Of a stretch of DNA of 64,000 nt, positions 1-14,273 are shown one piece after another; positions within the stretch are counted from its first letter, which is position 1, and each line of letters begins with the position of its first letter. The notes under the pieces are model-generated. The model did not search any database and was not told the origin of the DNA. It saw nothing but the letters and a program-made list of their open reading frames with translations. The stretch spans positions 59,272,001 to 59,336,000 of the forward strand of contig OZ024747.1 in the NCBI GenBank assembly GCA_964016885.1. The letters are read 5' to 3'. The stretch comes from Eledone cirrhosa. Its lineage: Eukaryota. The position numbers and the translations under genes were made by a program.

Positions 1-156
1 ATAATATATATTGTGAGCTAATCTTTTTGCCTTCTTTTTTGTCTTCAACATATAAATTATCTCTTTTCGCCTTAAACATGTCCCCCTCCTTTATGCTGGA
101 AGCTAACGCCTTGTCATCATTGATCAATAACAGACGGCCTCAATTCTCCTTACGGC

Positions 157-720
157 TTTCATAATCAGTTGTGGTCCCATGGTCAAGTGGTTAACTCTGG
201 CCATCTTTCTAATGCAGCAGTAGATGACCACAACCTTTTACTGTCCATTACAGTTTTCATAATCAGTTGTGATCCTATGGTCAAGTGGTTAACTCTGGCC
301 ATCTTTCTAATGCAGCAGTAGATGACCACAACCTTTTACTGTCCATTACAGTTTTCATAATCAGTTGTGATCCTATGGTCAAGTGGTTAACTCTGGCCTT
401 CTTTCTAATGCAGCAGTAGATGACCACAACCTTTTACTGTCCATTACAGTTTTCATAATCAGTTGTGATCCTATGGTCAAGTGGTTAAATCTGGCCATCT
501 TTCTAATGCAGCAGTAGATGACCACAACCTTTTACTGTCCATTACAGTTTTCATAATCAGTTGTGATCCTATGGTCAAGTGGTTAACTCTAGCCATCTTT
601 CTAATGCAGCAGTAGATGACCACAACCTTTTACTGTCCGTTACAGCTTTCATAATCAGTTGTGATCCCATGGTCAAGTGGTTAAATCTGGCCATCTTTCA
701 AATACAGCAACAGATGGCCA
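157..720. repeat. Tandem repeat, 98-bp unit, ~5.7 copies
   Basis: Unit TTTCATAATCAGTTGTGATCCTATGGTCAAGTGG... recurs at 157, 255, 353, 451, 549, 647 nearly identically with no spacers. Confidence 0.95.
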
Positions 721-799
721 AAATAATCCTTCCCTGTTCATGAATTGTGATCCAAAAGATGGTCGGGTGATTAGACCTAGCTATCGGTGGAATTTACAT

Positions 800-1035
800 C
801 CCTGGGTGGGTTTGAACTCAGAACACCGTGCCGGGAGAAACACCACAAGGCATCTCGTCCAACACACTAACATCTTCATCAACCCACCGACATTGACAGA
901 CACTTTATTTTATTGGCTCAGAAAGGATGAAAGCAAAGTTGATCTCGGCTGGATTTAAACTCGGTTAACAGAGAGTTGGAACAAATACCACAAGGTATTC
1001 TATCTGGTGCTGTTAACCACTCAGCCAAATCACCA
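800..1035 (-). mobile_element. Old, diverged tRNA-SINE fragments
   Basis: TTTGAACTCAGAAC and ACTTTATTTTATT...AAGGATGAAAGCAAAGTTGA match the SINE family abundant elsewhere in the window. Confidence 0.6.
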
Positions 1036-2094
1036 CACAAAAACAAAACAAAGAGAAACACAAGAACATTAGATTGTTAGACATTTTCCTTTATTTACAT
1101 ATTTCAAATTCGAAGTTCCTTAATTACAATATTGGTTTTATTAAAGTAAGCACAAGGCCCTATGTTACTACTGGATGAAGGAGTTGAGAGTTGTGACATT
1201 GGTGGCACAAATGAAGTGAAACTGCATCAACTGGGAGTCAAAACCTGCTCCACGTACAGCTCACTAAGAGCTTAATTCTTATTATACGGTGCTTATTTTC
1301 TTTAGGTACAATATTTTGCATTCGGGGTGGAATTGGATTGGATTGGCTTAAAAAAATTCTATGAATGTTTTTAGTAAAGTATTATTACAAGTTGTAGGAA
1401 GACCTAATTTATATTCGGTAATATTTGTTGATGATTGTGTAGTTTAGCCACAGGTCTGTCCTGATCGAGTAGACCTATAATAATCCCGTCCTTTTATCAG
1501 GCATTGTGTGTATATGAGTATATTGTCCCTTCCGCTTTCGAAACAGTAGGATGTGGTTTGATGGTGATTTAGCTGCTGTTTGTGGCGAGCTAACAGATTA
1601 CTTGGAGAAGGTTTCCTCTTTTCATGTGTTACTAATTATGGTAAAAAAGAGACATTTACTATTGCATTTATTGCTATGGAGGTCTTCACATTAGTGAGGC
1701 GATGACAGAATACATTATATAGGGTGGCGATGTGAGAGTTTCTAATATAGATGAGAGCCAAACAATGACATGAAGCCTCCACTGTAATCTAACGAAACCC
1801 TTCATTATACAGTGTTCCCACTTCCTACAACTGAGAGCTGAAACTAAATTTAGCATCTATTTACAGCTAGACAGGGTCAGTAAAATGTCAAATGTGTTGA
1901 CTATAGATGCAACACAGAGCTAATAACATAATAGAAACCATCATCAAGAGGGCCGTTGGTGTAACAACATATGTACTGGGTCTGTGGTGTGTCACCTTAA
2001 CTACGGATCAGTGGTGTAATATCCTCTCCCTTACTGGATCGGTCAAGTATCACTCCAATCGTGACGTGATGCGCTAAGCACCTGGCCACTTATG

Positions 2095-2730
2095 TGACCG
2101 ACCCCCCACTGGACATATGGTGTGACACCCTCCTTACAAGGCTTCCAACATGACACCCTTCCCACTGGCTAGGAATGCGACACCCTCTCCACTAGGCCTG
2201 TAATGTGACACCCTCTTCACTTGGCATGTAATGAGTGCACCCTCACCACTGGGCCACTAACGTGACACCCTCACCACTGAGCCTGTTATGTGACACCCTC
2301 ACCATTGGGTCACTATTGTGACACCCTCACCACTGGGCCATTAATGTGTGCACCCTTACCACTGGGCCACTAATGTGACACCTTCAACACTAGGCCACTG
2401 TTGTGACGCCCTTACCACTAGGCCACTAATGTGACGCCCTCACCATTGGGCCTGTAATGAGTGCACCCTCACCACTAGGCCCCTAATGTGTACACCCTCA
2501 CCACTGGGCCACTAATGTGACACCCTTACCACTGGGCCACTAATGTGACGCCCTCACCACTGAGCCTGTAATGTGAAACCCTCACCACTAGGCCACACAT
2601 GTGACACTCTCACCACTGGGCCTGTAATGTGACACCCTCACCACTAGGCCACACATGTAACACCCTCACCACTAGGCCACACATGTGACACCCTCACCAC
2701 TAGGCCACTAATGTGACACTCACCCTACTG
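2095..2730. repeat. Minisatellite, ~28-bp unit (ATGTGACACCCTCACCACTGGGCCACTA)
   Basis: About 20 imperfect direct copies. Confidence 0.9.
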
Positions 2731-3195
2731 GGTGTACCTATATTAGTTATGTTCTATTGTACTATAGTACTGGTGTACTATAGAACTGGTGTACATATAG
2801 TACTGGTGTGGAAATATATTTACATTACTTATCTACTAATATACTTATAGTAGATATGTACTAATATACTAATAAACCTACACTACATCCCAACTGTTAT
2901 ACACATAGTACTTAGGTACTGGTGTATTCACCTATGTTCTACTATATTTACAGTAGCTACTATGTACTGATGTACTTACATGCATATTAGTGAATCTACA
3001 AATATATTTACAGTACATATGTGCTACTAGTGTATCTACCGTACATAGGTACGTGTGTACTAAGGTTTCACTAAAATACTACATGCTATTTCCTGGAGTT
3101 TTCCCTGTATTTAGTCAAAAGTATCAGTTTCCCTTCGTTGTTGGAAAACGAAGTATCAATATAACATCAATATATATATTTTTTTTATTTTACAC

Positions 3196-3278
3196 GTGAC
3201 GCGTGTTTCGCAATCGATCAGCTCAGTGTACGATTGATAGTGATTGGGCCCGACTCTGGAATCAATAGCTCATCAGAC
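3196..3278 (-). ncRNA. Type I hammerhead ribozyme motif, long-stem-II family (family D)
   Basis: Minus strand: gu CUGAUGA gcuauugau [42 nt] aucgauugc GAAA cacgcg UC ac; homologous to 9128, 22672 and 54077; stem I short. Confidence 0.7.
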
Positions 3279-3305
3279 TTTTATATATTTGTATATATAT
3301 ATATA

Positions 3306-3366
<61 letters not shown>

Positions 3367-3869
3367 ATAAACATATATATATATATATGTATGTATACAA
3401 ATACACATTTATTTATACCTATATGTGTGTGTGTGCGTATGTGTGTGTGAGTTTATGTGTGTGTGTATGTATGTTCCCAATTCCAGTTTCTGTAACTTTT
3501 GTTTTTTTAAATAATTGAATAAATCTTACTTCCAAGATTATCTCCCTTGGTTGTTACTTCTTCATTTAACAGTTTACCAGTTTGCCAAAATTTCATAAAA
3601 TATCATATTCACGATGCACCAGATGTACCGAGACATTAATTTATCATTTATTTTGTTGAAATATATTCACTTCATGTGCCGTAACTCTTTACAAACAAAG
3701 CATCAATGCCACAACATCCCAAATCGTATGCTCTCACAACACTATCTGATCACAACACTACGGCTCTCGGCCATTTTTTTTTTTTTTTTGTCTGAAAAAA
3801 AAATACTATGATTTTTATTTATTTTTATTTTACTGCTGTGCTTTGTGTTACGATAAGCTAGGTTATGAA

Positions 3870-4296
3870 ATGTTATGATATCATTATATTATAAGACATC
3901 ATAAGTAATACTATGATATCATTATATTATAAGACATCATAAGTAATACTATGATATCATTATATTATGAGACATCATAAGTAATACTATGATATCATTA
4001 TATTATGAGACATCATAAGTAATTGTTTCTACATTTGACACAAGGCCAGCAATTACCCCAGTGTATTACTGGTGCTTTATTTTATCGACCCCGTAAGGAT
4101 GAAAGGCAAAGTCAACCTCGGCGGAATTTGAACTCAGAACACAAAGGGCCATAACTCTGTGCTGCAAAGCATCGTGTCTGACGCTCTACTGATACTGTCA
4201 ATCCACCGCATCATAAGTAATGTTATATCAATATATTATGACACATCATAAATAATGTTATTATATCATTATATTATGAGACATCATAAGTAATGC
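3870..4296. repeat. 38-bp minisatellite interrupted by a SINE
   Basis: TATGATATCATTATATTATGAGACATCATAAGTAATAC, 4 copies before and 2 after the SINE. Confidence 0.85.
4021..4209 (-). mobile_element. tRNA-derived SINE, full length
   Basis: Minus strand has A-box-like TGACAGTATCAG, B-box GAGTTCAAATTC, central CTTTCATCCTTACGGGGTCGATAAAATAAAG and ACAATT tail; TSD CATCATAAGTAAT. Confidence 0.9.
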
Positions 4297-4687
4297 CTGA
4301 TCGTATCATCTTTTTATTGTTTTTTTTTGTTTTTTTTGTTTTTTTTTGTTTTTTTTGTTTTTTTTGTTTTTTTTGGTTTTTTTAAATCTTTTGTTGTTGT
4401 TTTTTTGTTAATTTAATCTCTCCATCATATACTATGTGTTCATGTAACTCCATCCATGCCTAAGCCCATAGACGTTAGAGTTTTGCTAGCAATTTATTCA
4501 ACCATTTTGTATTTCTTCTTCTTCTTCTTCTTCTTCTTCTTCTTCTTCTTTCTTCATTTTTCATTCTCTTCTTTTTTCCTCCTCTTCTTCATCAAAATAT
4601 TGGAATGTCAGTCACATTTGGTTTGTATCATAAATTTAAACTACTGTTAATTTAGAAATTTTTATAAGCGTTTTTTTATATTCACAA

Positions 4688-4748
<61 letters not shown>

Positions 4749-4760
4749 TATATAGAGAGA

Positions 4761-4804
<44 letters not shown>

Positions 4805-4829
4805 CATATATATATATACATATGTACAT

Positions 4830-4872
<43 letters not shown>

Positions 4873-4913
4873 GTACATATATATATATTATATATATATA
4901 TATACATATGTAC

Positions 4914-4944
<31 letters not shown>

Positions 4945-5270
4945 AATGTATATATATGTGTATATATATATACAAATATATATATATGTATATATATGTA
5001 TATATATAATATATACATATATATATATATTTATGTGTGTGAGTGTGTGTATATATATGCATATATATATGTGTGTATATGTGTGTGTTTGTGAGTATAT
5101 ATCAGTATAATTATGCGTATGTAAATGACGTCGTATGTGGATGTTTTATGAGTGTGTTTGAAGATGGAATATAAAAGCAATGTTGCTTAATGTGTGTATG
5201 TCTTTATGTGTATGTGTGTATGTGTGTTTATCAGTCTGTGTTAGTTCCCTTTATCTGTGTATATATATAT

Positions 5271-5628
<358 letters not shown>

Positions 5629-5874
5629 ATATTTGGGGAGGGTCATATTTGCGTAATATTGCCAGAATTAATAACAGAACACACTCACTGTTTGGTTGGT
5701 TTTCGCTTCTCGCTGTCTTTTATATATATATATATCTGCGATCTAACTTACTCGGTCCTCAATGTTGCCATTGACTGACCGGCGGTCAAAAATAATACAG
5801 ATACAATATAGACACACGATTTCATATAAAAAACCTCGCAAAACTAATTCATCGCCGCTATATATATATATATA

Positions 5875-6071
5875 TAACGAAGGAAATGTGGTAAGGAACC
5901 AGATGGACCATAACGCACCAGAGTACTCAATACTTAGGGTAGTAGAGTGGGAAATAGGAAAAAGTATGACCCCGACGACAGAGCTCAAGCCGTTTCGACG
6001 GCTATTTCTGGGTCCAGAAATAGCCGTCGAAACGGCTTGAGCTCTGCCGTCGGGGTCATACGTTTTCCTAT
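5875..6071 (-). mobile_element. Second family A copy, inverted relative to 5271-5477, with its own hairpin 5954-6071
   Basis: Reverse complement of the 5345-5477 tail and half-hammerhead; flanked by (TA)n. Confidence 0.7.
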
Positions 6072-6474
6072 ATATATATATATAGATATATATATATCCA
6101 TATGTATGTTTGCGTGTGTATTGTGGGTGCAGGTATGGCTGAGTTCAGTTGATAATCACAAGAACACGTGTTCGATCTTACTGCATGGAATCTTAAGCAA
6201 GTATTTTGTTTTTTACCATAACCTCGAATCAAATGAAACCTTTCGAGTAGAAATGGCTTGATGGAATCGAATGACAGACGGTAGGCCTTATCTTAATGTC
6301 ACTCAGTGTGCCAAACTGATTCCACTTGAGAATTACATTACGGATGCACGTGTCTTTGGAATACTCAGCCATTTACACAATAATTCAATACGTAGCTTGT
6401 TCATTTGATCGATAAGGATCTTATATATTTATGTTAGGATGATTGTTCTCGACAATATGTCTGAATTTTTTACA

Positions 6475-6695
6475 TGATGTGTGTATGTGTTTGTGGGGTT
6501 ATGTATCTAAATATATGTGCTAGCTGTGTGTGTGTGTGTGTGAGTGCGTGTGTGTGTCTTTGCGTGTATGTGTGTATGTGTTTGTGGGGTTATGTATCTA
6601 AATATATGTGCTAGCTGTGTGTGTGTGTGTGTGTGTGTCTTTGCGTGTATGCGTGTATGTGTTTGTGGGGTTATGTATCTAAATATATGTGCTAG

Positions 6696-6750
<55 letters not shown>

Positions 6751-7210
6751 TTTGTGGGTTTACGTATCTAAATATATATGCTAGCTGTGTATATTTGTGT
6801 GTATGTGTATACGTGAGTGCGCATGTGTGTGTGTGTTTGAGTGCGTGTGTGTGTCTTTGCGTGTATGTGTGTATGTGTTTGTGGGATTATGTATCTAAAT
6901 ATATATGTTAGCTGTGTGTGTGTGTGAGTGTGTGTGTGAGTTTGTGGGTTTACGTATGTAAATATATATGCTAGCTGTGTATATTTGTGTGTATGTGTAT
7001 ACGTGAGTGCGCATGTGTGTGTGTGTGTGTGTGCGAGTGCGTGTGTGTGTGTCTTTGCGTGTATGCATGTGAGTAGTTTTCAAGCTGTGTGTCTGTGTGA
7101 GTCTGTGGGTTTACGTATCTAAATATATATGCTAGCTGTGTGTATTTGTGTGTATGTGTATATGTGAGTGCGCATGTGTGTATGTGTGTATGTGTGTCTT
7201 TGCGTGTATG
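6475..7210. repeat. Compound (TG)n-containing VNTR
   Basis: Recurring GTTTGTGGG(G/T)TTA(T/C)GTATCTAAATATATGTGCTAGCTGTG anchor with variable TG tracts. Confidence 0.85.
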
Positions 7211-7239
7211 TGTGTGAGTAGTTTTCATATATGTGTAAT

Positions 7240-7408
7240 CAGTGGCAGATTAAGGTGAGGGGTTCTGATCAGCTGTAGCCAGAAGGCTAAAATATTTAAA
7301 GGGACCTAAATTAACGTTTTTTGATATCATAAATAATATATTCAATTTGGTGAAAGGTCTCCGATTAAATTTTCTACAGGGGCCCCATTCAAGCTTAATC
7401 CACCACTG
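7240..7408. mobile_element. hAT-like MITE
   Basis: TIRs CAGTGGCAGATTAAG / CTTAATCCACCACTG; degenerate 8-bp TSD TGTGTAAT / TGTGGAAG. Confidence 0.6.
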
Positions 7409-7426
7409 TGTGGAAGAATGTGCGTG

Positions 7427-7472
<46 letters not shown>

Positions 7473-7521
7473 CTGAGCCAATTACTGGCCGAAACCTATC
7501 AAAATTATATATATGTGTGTA

Positions 7522-7556
<35 letters not shown>

Positions 7557-7984
7557 ATGTGTGTATATGTATATGAGTGTATATATATATGTGTGTGTGT
7601 GTGTGTGTATGTGTATGTATGTGTGTATATACAATCAATCTATAGTCAAATGCATGTAATATACTTTTGATTAATATTTTCTTTTTAATCAAAAGTGAGA
7701 GAAGCGAAATGTTATGTACATGATACATTCTACGATTATATATATTAAAACTGTTATGAAGTTTGTACAACTGCATATGTGGAGGGCAGCTTTGAGATAT
7801 ATCTTAAAAACTACACCTGATGCGGTGGGTAGTAGCTGTAAGATGTATCTCACAATTGTAATGAAGTATTTAAGGTATGACTATCACAAAAGAAAAACAT
7901 TATCGGACGGGGTGGAATATAATGCGTTGATTACTAATATAGGCAGGCACAAGGCCACATGTCTGAGGGGAGGGTGACGAGCTG

Positions 7985-8155
7985 GAGTCGATTAAATCAA
8001 TACCACTACATATCTGCTATTTTATCGACTCCAAAAGGAAGAAAGGCAAAGTGGAACTAGGAGGGATTTGAACTCAGAACGTAAAAGAACGTAATAAACT
8101 ACTGCAAGATTTTTTTTTAGTTCAGCAATCTACGATATCTGATAAACCACCGCCA
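7985..8155 (-). mobile_element. Diverged tRNA-SINE
   Basis: TTTTATCGACTCC...GAAAGGCAAAGT...GGATTTGAACTCAGAACG...CCACCGCC. Confidence 0.7.
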
Positions 8156-8204
8156 TTTTAACTGTTATGATTTAGTGGAACGGCAAATATGATGTTTTGA
8201 TATC

Positions 8205-8720
8205 AATGTTGTTGTTGGTGGTGGTGTTGTTCTTGTTACTATTATGATAGTTGGTTGTTGTAAATGGCAGTTTAGTTGGTGGTGTAGTAGGTGATGTAGT
8301 TGGTGATGTTGTTGGTGTTGTAGTTGGTGTTGTAGCTGGTGGTGTGGTTGGTGGTGTGGTTGGTGGTGGAGTAAGTGGTGGTGCTGTTGGTGTTGTTGGT
8401 GGTATAGTTGGTGGTGTGATTGGTGTTGTAGTTGGTGGTGTGGTTGGTGGTGTGATTGGTGGTGTTGTTGGTGGTGTTGTTGGTGGTGTAGTTGGTGGTG
8501 TACTTGTTGGTGTTGTAGTTGGTGGTGTTTTTGGTGTTGTAGATGGTGTTGTAGTTGGTGGTGTAGTTGTTGGTGTGGTTAGTGGCGCAGTTGGTAGTGT
8601 GGTTGTTGGTGGTGTTGGTGGTGGTGGTGTTGTTGGTGGTGTTGTTGGTGTTGTAGTTGGTGGTGTAGTTGGTGTTGTAGTTGGTGGTGTAGTTGGTGTT
8701 GTAGTCGGTGGTGTAGTTAT
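8205..8720. repeat. Low-complexity (GGT/GTT/GTA)n tract
   Basis: Direct inspection. Confidence 0.9.
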
Positions 8721-8780
8721 AGATTTAGGATTTAGTAAACAATTTTGGTTCGTTCTTCAATTGTTCATTTTTGTTAAAAG

Positions 8781-8857
<77 letters not shown>

Positions 8858-9045
8858 TAGTTATACAGGGAACCCTGTTTGGAAGGTCACAGTCGTATAT
8901 CTCCCGACGATTGAATGAATATGGAATTCAGATAAGAAACTAATGATGTGTAAATCAATACATTAACCACACCATAACATACACATTCTTCCATACTTGG
9001 ACTATGTCCTCTGTTTTTGTCCCTATATATTCTCCTACAATTATC

Positions 9046-9085
<40 letters not shown>

Positions 9086-9127
9086 AGAAAAAAAGGGAAT
9101 CAGTGTTGCGACGAATGGAATTTATTG

Positions 9128-9223
9128 GACATATTACAATCGTTTCTCTGGCGACCAGTTCGAGGCACGATCGATGTGATGATCGAACCTGACTCTGAAA
9201 ATCGCCAGGTCCTCAGATACGTC
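9128..9223 (-). ncRNA. Type I hammerhead ribozyme motif, family D
   Basis: Minus strand: gacguau CUGAGGA c cuggcgau [..] gucgccag a GAAA cgauug UA auauguc, then CAATAAA; 7-bp stem I, 8-bp stem II base. Confidence 0.8.
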
Positions 9224-9411
9224 TTGATTCTACGAAGCAGATTTTCCTATGTCCTTTTACATCGATATACTTCGCCTGTCGGCTTAGATCCTGTTGTCAT
9301 TCTATGTGTGGTCAAGAATTGTACACGTCATCGGTATTTCTAGCCACACATGGCTAGAAATATACATACATACACACACACACGCACACACACACACATA
9401 TATATATATAT

Positions 9412-9506
<95 letters not shown>

Positions 9507-9536
9507 AAAAAATAGAGGTGTGACACACGAGTTGTG

Positions 9537-10186
9537 ATATATTAGTAAAAAGGAAAAGAAAATGCTGACAAATTTTTCCCAGTGAAAAATAGTTTAATTA
9601 GGAGTAAGTATAAATTAGCAATAAGTATTAGTTAGTATTCAGTTTTAGTTTTAAGTATTTACCGGTTGCGCATTTCTTATGCTTTTCAAAAATAATTTTG
9701 AGATTGAGTGCTCGTGATTTTCGCGCCAAATGTAGGTTTGTCGAAGAGTGTCCTTTTCCGCTTGATTGAGTTGCAGTCATGTTGAGAGGTCGCGAAACCA
9801 GCTCGCGCTAAAATCAATTTAAACATTCGTTTGACTTCTACCGACCAATCAAAATTGTTTTGACTACAAGAATTTTTGCAACACGAATTGGCGCGAAAAT
9901 TTTAGTGCTTATTCACGTGACATTCAACAACCAACCAAATCTTAATACCCCCCAAACCACTTTTTTCACATAAAACAGGAAGAATTTCCATAACTGATCA
10001 GATTAGAGCAAAAATCACGAGCACTCTATCTCAAAATTATTTTTGAAAAGCATAAGAAATGCGCAACCGGTAAAAACTTAAAACTAAAACTGAATACTAG
10101 CTAATACTTATTACTAATTTATACTTATTCCTAATTAAACTATTTTTCACTGGGAACAATTTGTTAGCATTTTCTTTTCCTTTTTA

Positions 10187-10195
<9 letters not shown>
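9537..10195. mobile_element. Element with ~185-bp inverted arms, each arm carrying a minimal hammerhead-like motif (family E)
   Basis: 9537-9722 is the reverse complement of 10011-10195; arm has TTGAAAA gcat aagaa atgc GCAA ccgg TA (10043-10072); homologous to 25480-25547. Confidence 0.75.
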
Positions 10196-10264
<69 letters not shown>

Positions 10265-10775
10265 CATTTAGATTTATTCAACAGAAATGGACGGAGGAAA
10301 ATGAACTAAAATTGAGTATTTGTGTGTGTGTATCTGTTCGTATGAGAACATATATATGCGTGCGAATATATATATATCATATATAAATACTATACATATA
10401 TATGTGTATATATATATTTATATATATTAATTTCAGAGCAGAGTAATATATTTATTGTATATATTATTGTATTGTTTTGTCGTTGATGATAATAATAATA
10501 ATGGTGTATTTGTCTTTGATGTGAGTGGCGGTGGTGTTAGTGTTGGTGGGGTGTGCCGTTGTGGTGTGTAGGTAGCATTTCGGTAAAACCGAGTCTTTGA
10601 ACCCAGTTTCGATTCCCAGTAGGAAACATTTTCTATTAAAACGTTCTCAAATGGTGCCTTTGAGAGAGACATAAATGTCATAATCACTGCACGATAATTC
10701 TCTTTTACAAATTCTATATATAGGCATTATATATACACATTCATGTATATACATATATACATGAATATGTGTATG

Positions 10776-10813
<38 letters not shown>

Positions 10814-11070
10814 AACATATATGCATATATACACATGTATATTTTAACAAACAGTAAAATTATATGTCTGTGTGTGTATATATATACATATACAAACATA
10901 TATATAAATATGTATATATATAGATATATATATATATATGTATACACACATATATATATGTATATATATATATGTATACACACATATATATATGTATATA
11001 TATTTATGTATATATGTATATATATTTATATATATTTATATATATATATTACATATATATATATATATAT

Positions 11071-11130
<60 letters not shown>

Positions 11131-11329
11131 AAACAATTATTACTCGTATATTGAACCCCACAGTAGATCTGTGGGGTTTATGTCAAACAGTTGTTATCAC
11201 GTGTGTGGGACGGATCCGACTAATTATAGAGACCATTTAGAGGTGGACCACTTCACCCTACCGCCATTGGGAAGATCACTTTCATCATCATTATATCATT
11301 ATTGTTGCTGTTGTTGTTGTTGTTGACAA

Positions 11330-11585
11330 CGGTTACCAATGGTTACACAACCTAATGGAGTTCGCATAATATGCAATCGTCAGTAGACAGTGTTCAAATC
11401 ACTAACACTGCCAGAATCCTACGCAATATATTGAGCCACTGTGATCAGTCCTTGATCTGAGACTCTCAGATCAAGAACTGATCTGAGCCTATGAGATCAA
11501 GGACTGATCTGAGGTCAATTAATACGCTTCTTCTAGCAATCAATTGCTAGTGAAACCTCACAAAAGGAAAAACCTAAATATAATC
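11330..11585 (+). mobile_element. 3' end of an RLE-type (R4/NeSL-like) LINE
   Basis: Translates ...SVQITNTARILRNILSH, typical of RLE C-termini; followed by hairpin GATCAGTCCTTGATCTGAGA-C-TCTCAGATCAAGAACTGATC. Confidence 0.5.
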
Positions 11586-11950
11586 ACCGTTGCTGACTTT
11601 CATTGGTTTATATCATATATAGGGCATATTCATTAGACAAACTAGGTTAAAGCCTAGTGGCCCCACAGGGATTAGGGACTCAAAAAAGATTTTTTTAAGG
11701 TGTTGGGAGGGTGGGGGGGGCAAATGTTTTTTTTTTTTTTTATGTTTTGTTTTTTTTGTTTTTTGTTTTTTTTTTGCTGAGGCACTGTTACTAGAATGAA
11801 GTACCAGAGGGAAACCCGAAATACCTGAAAACGTAGGGACCCAACCATTGGATCATATAGCTAAAATGTAAATCGGGAATGGTCTAGATTTGAAGGGGCT
11901 GAGATCTATGAAGTACATGTTTGTTTTAGCTCACCCAGAGAGCGTCGTTG

Positions 11951-12013
<63 letters not shown>

Positions 12014-12168
12014 TGTATGCATTCGTGTAAGTGAGAGTTTATGCGTGTCGTTATATATACATATATACGCATATATATATATATATATTGTACACACGAT
12101 ATTATATCAACGGTTACACAACCTGGTGTTTACATGATATGAAATCCTCAACCACTGGCTGCTTTTAA

Positions 12169-12208
<40 letters not shown>

Positions 12209-12210
12209 AT

Positions 12211-12392
12211 AATTTTTGCCACAAGGCCAGCAATTACCCAGTGTATTACTGGTGCTATATTTTATCGACCCCCGTAAGGATGAAAGGCAAAGTTAACCTC
12301 GGCTGGATTTGAACTCAGAATGGCAAGAGCCGTAACTCTATGCGCCAAAGCATGGCGTCCGACCCTCTACCGAAACTGCCAATCCACTGCCC
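12211..12392 (-). mobile_element. tRNA-derived SINE
   Basis: Same family as 4021-4209, in (TA)n. Confidence 0.9.
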
Positions 12393-12581
12393 TATATATA
12401 TATAATTACAGAAAGTCTGTATGTGTAATATTCCCAGTAATAAAAGCGGTCAGGCTGTTGTATCGCATTTTCTTGTTCTGATATTTTGAAATCGTTTTTT
12501 TTAAATAGATTCATGTATCCCATATATTAGATTCATGTATTCCATATATTGCACACATACTACAATGCATATCCCCCAAAT

Positions 12582-12663
<82 letters not shown>

Positions 12664-12822
12664 ATGCACACAAACACACATGCTGATATATGTGCATCGA
12701 ACAAATATTTTCCTTTTCCTTCTTCGTCTTGTCATTTTCTACATATCATTGTTATTATTAAAATTATTGTTATTATTTTTGTCAGCATCATCAGCATCAA
12801 GTTGATATATATATATATATAA

Positions 12823-12868
<46 letters not shown>

Positions 12869-12928
12869 ATATATGAATTCATATATATATATATATATAC
12901 ATATGTATACATGTACATGCATATATAT

Positions 12929-12977
<49 letters not shown>

Positions 12978-13126
12978 TATATATATATATATATACTTAT
13001 ATATATATATAAACTTATATATATAATATTATATATATATATATATATATACTTATATATATATATATATATATATAAACTTATATATATATATAAAATA
13101 TATATAGATATATATATATATAAACT

Positions 13127-13168
<42 letters not shown>

Positions 13169-13227
13169 ATATATATATATAAACACTTATATATATATAT
13201 ATATATATATAAACTTATATATATAAA

Positions 13228-13334
<107 letters not shown>

Positions 13335-13397
13335 CTTTGTCTGTGTTATACTTTGTATTTCTTTTCTTTTTTGCTGGGGTTTTGTTCTAATCCCTAG

Positions 13398-14125
13398 TTA
13401 CGTTCCTCCGGACAAATAAAGGGCCTCTTCTATTTGGAAGCGTCTCTTCTCTATTCGAAACCGCTTCCTCTCCAATTCTCAGTCGTTTCTCTTCTAGATC
13501 TAACCGTCCCTTTTCGATTTGTAACCTCTGCTCTCTCGATGGTCAGTCTTTCCTTCTCAATCCCTATAAACTCCGGCGATTGGTCAGCAGTGGTCACATG
13601 ACTTTCCACCCGACGGCTGTGGCTGGCACGATAGCGCCACAGTGCGGCCGGCATGTCGGAAGACACCCACCTCACGTGATCGAACGGATTGTGCGACTGC
13701 TGCTGGTGCTGCTGGTGGTGGTGGTGTGCCGTCGTCGGTGGCGGCGGCGGCGGCGGCGGCGGCGGTGGGGCGGGAGGCAGCGGCGGCGGCGGCGGCAGCG
13801 AGGGCGGCGGTGGTGGCGGCGGCGGTGGAGGAGGAGGAAGAGGTGGCGGCTGTGACAGCAGCGACGGTGGAGGTTGGAGACTGAGACAAGGGGGGACGGT
13901 GACCTGAATGCAGGAATGCGGCGACGTGACTATGGGGGCTGAATGAGCCGGTGGCGGTTGAGGGTGTGCCGGAGGCGGCTGAAGCGTTGGTGATGGACTG
14001 CACGCTGATATCAATATGGCGGATGTGGACGGTTGGTATTTAGACTCAACGGTCGTAACTGGTGACATGGACTTGTCTTTATCACCACAGTTGTCCAGAT
14101 GATTCCTCGCTGTTTCTGAGATATT
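13398..14125 (-). CDS. MSANTD4: Probable last coding exon of the Myb/SANT (MSANTD4-like) gene: Pro/His/Gln-rich region and EKERL-type coiled coil, with two apparent +1 frameshifts
   Basis: Acceptor ttttttttctttttcag|AATATC at 14125 in phase 0, matching the donor at 39076; GC-rich island; removing one G near 13531 and one near 13472 gives IEKERLT IERQRLQ IEKGRLD LEEKRLR IERKRFR IEKRRFQ IEEALYLSGGT*. As written the frame stops at 13451. Confidence 0.7.
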
Positions 14126-14273
14126 CTGAAAAAGAAAAAAAATTAAATATATTAACCCTTGGGATTGTAATCCGGCCAAAGCCGCCTCTGGTTCTATGAA
14201 ACAAGAAACCGGTGTTTAAGGGTTCCTATTTAAATTAAAATCATCTTCCAACATAATTTCATATGAAATAATG

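Noticed and set aside
157-720. CRISPR-like regular array (also 2095-2730 and 24133-25000)
   Set aside because: Head-to-tail units with no unique spacers, no cas genes, eukaryotic context
8900-8950. Possible decayed hammerheads at 8903, 10575-10605 and 23668-23728
   Set aside because: Cores have multiple mismatches and no supporting second copy in the window
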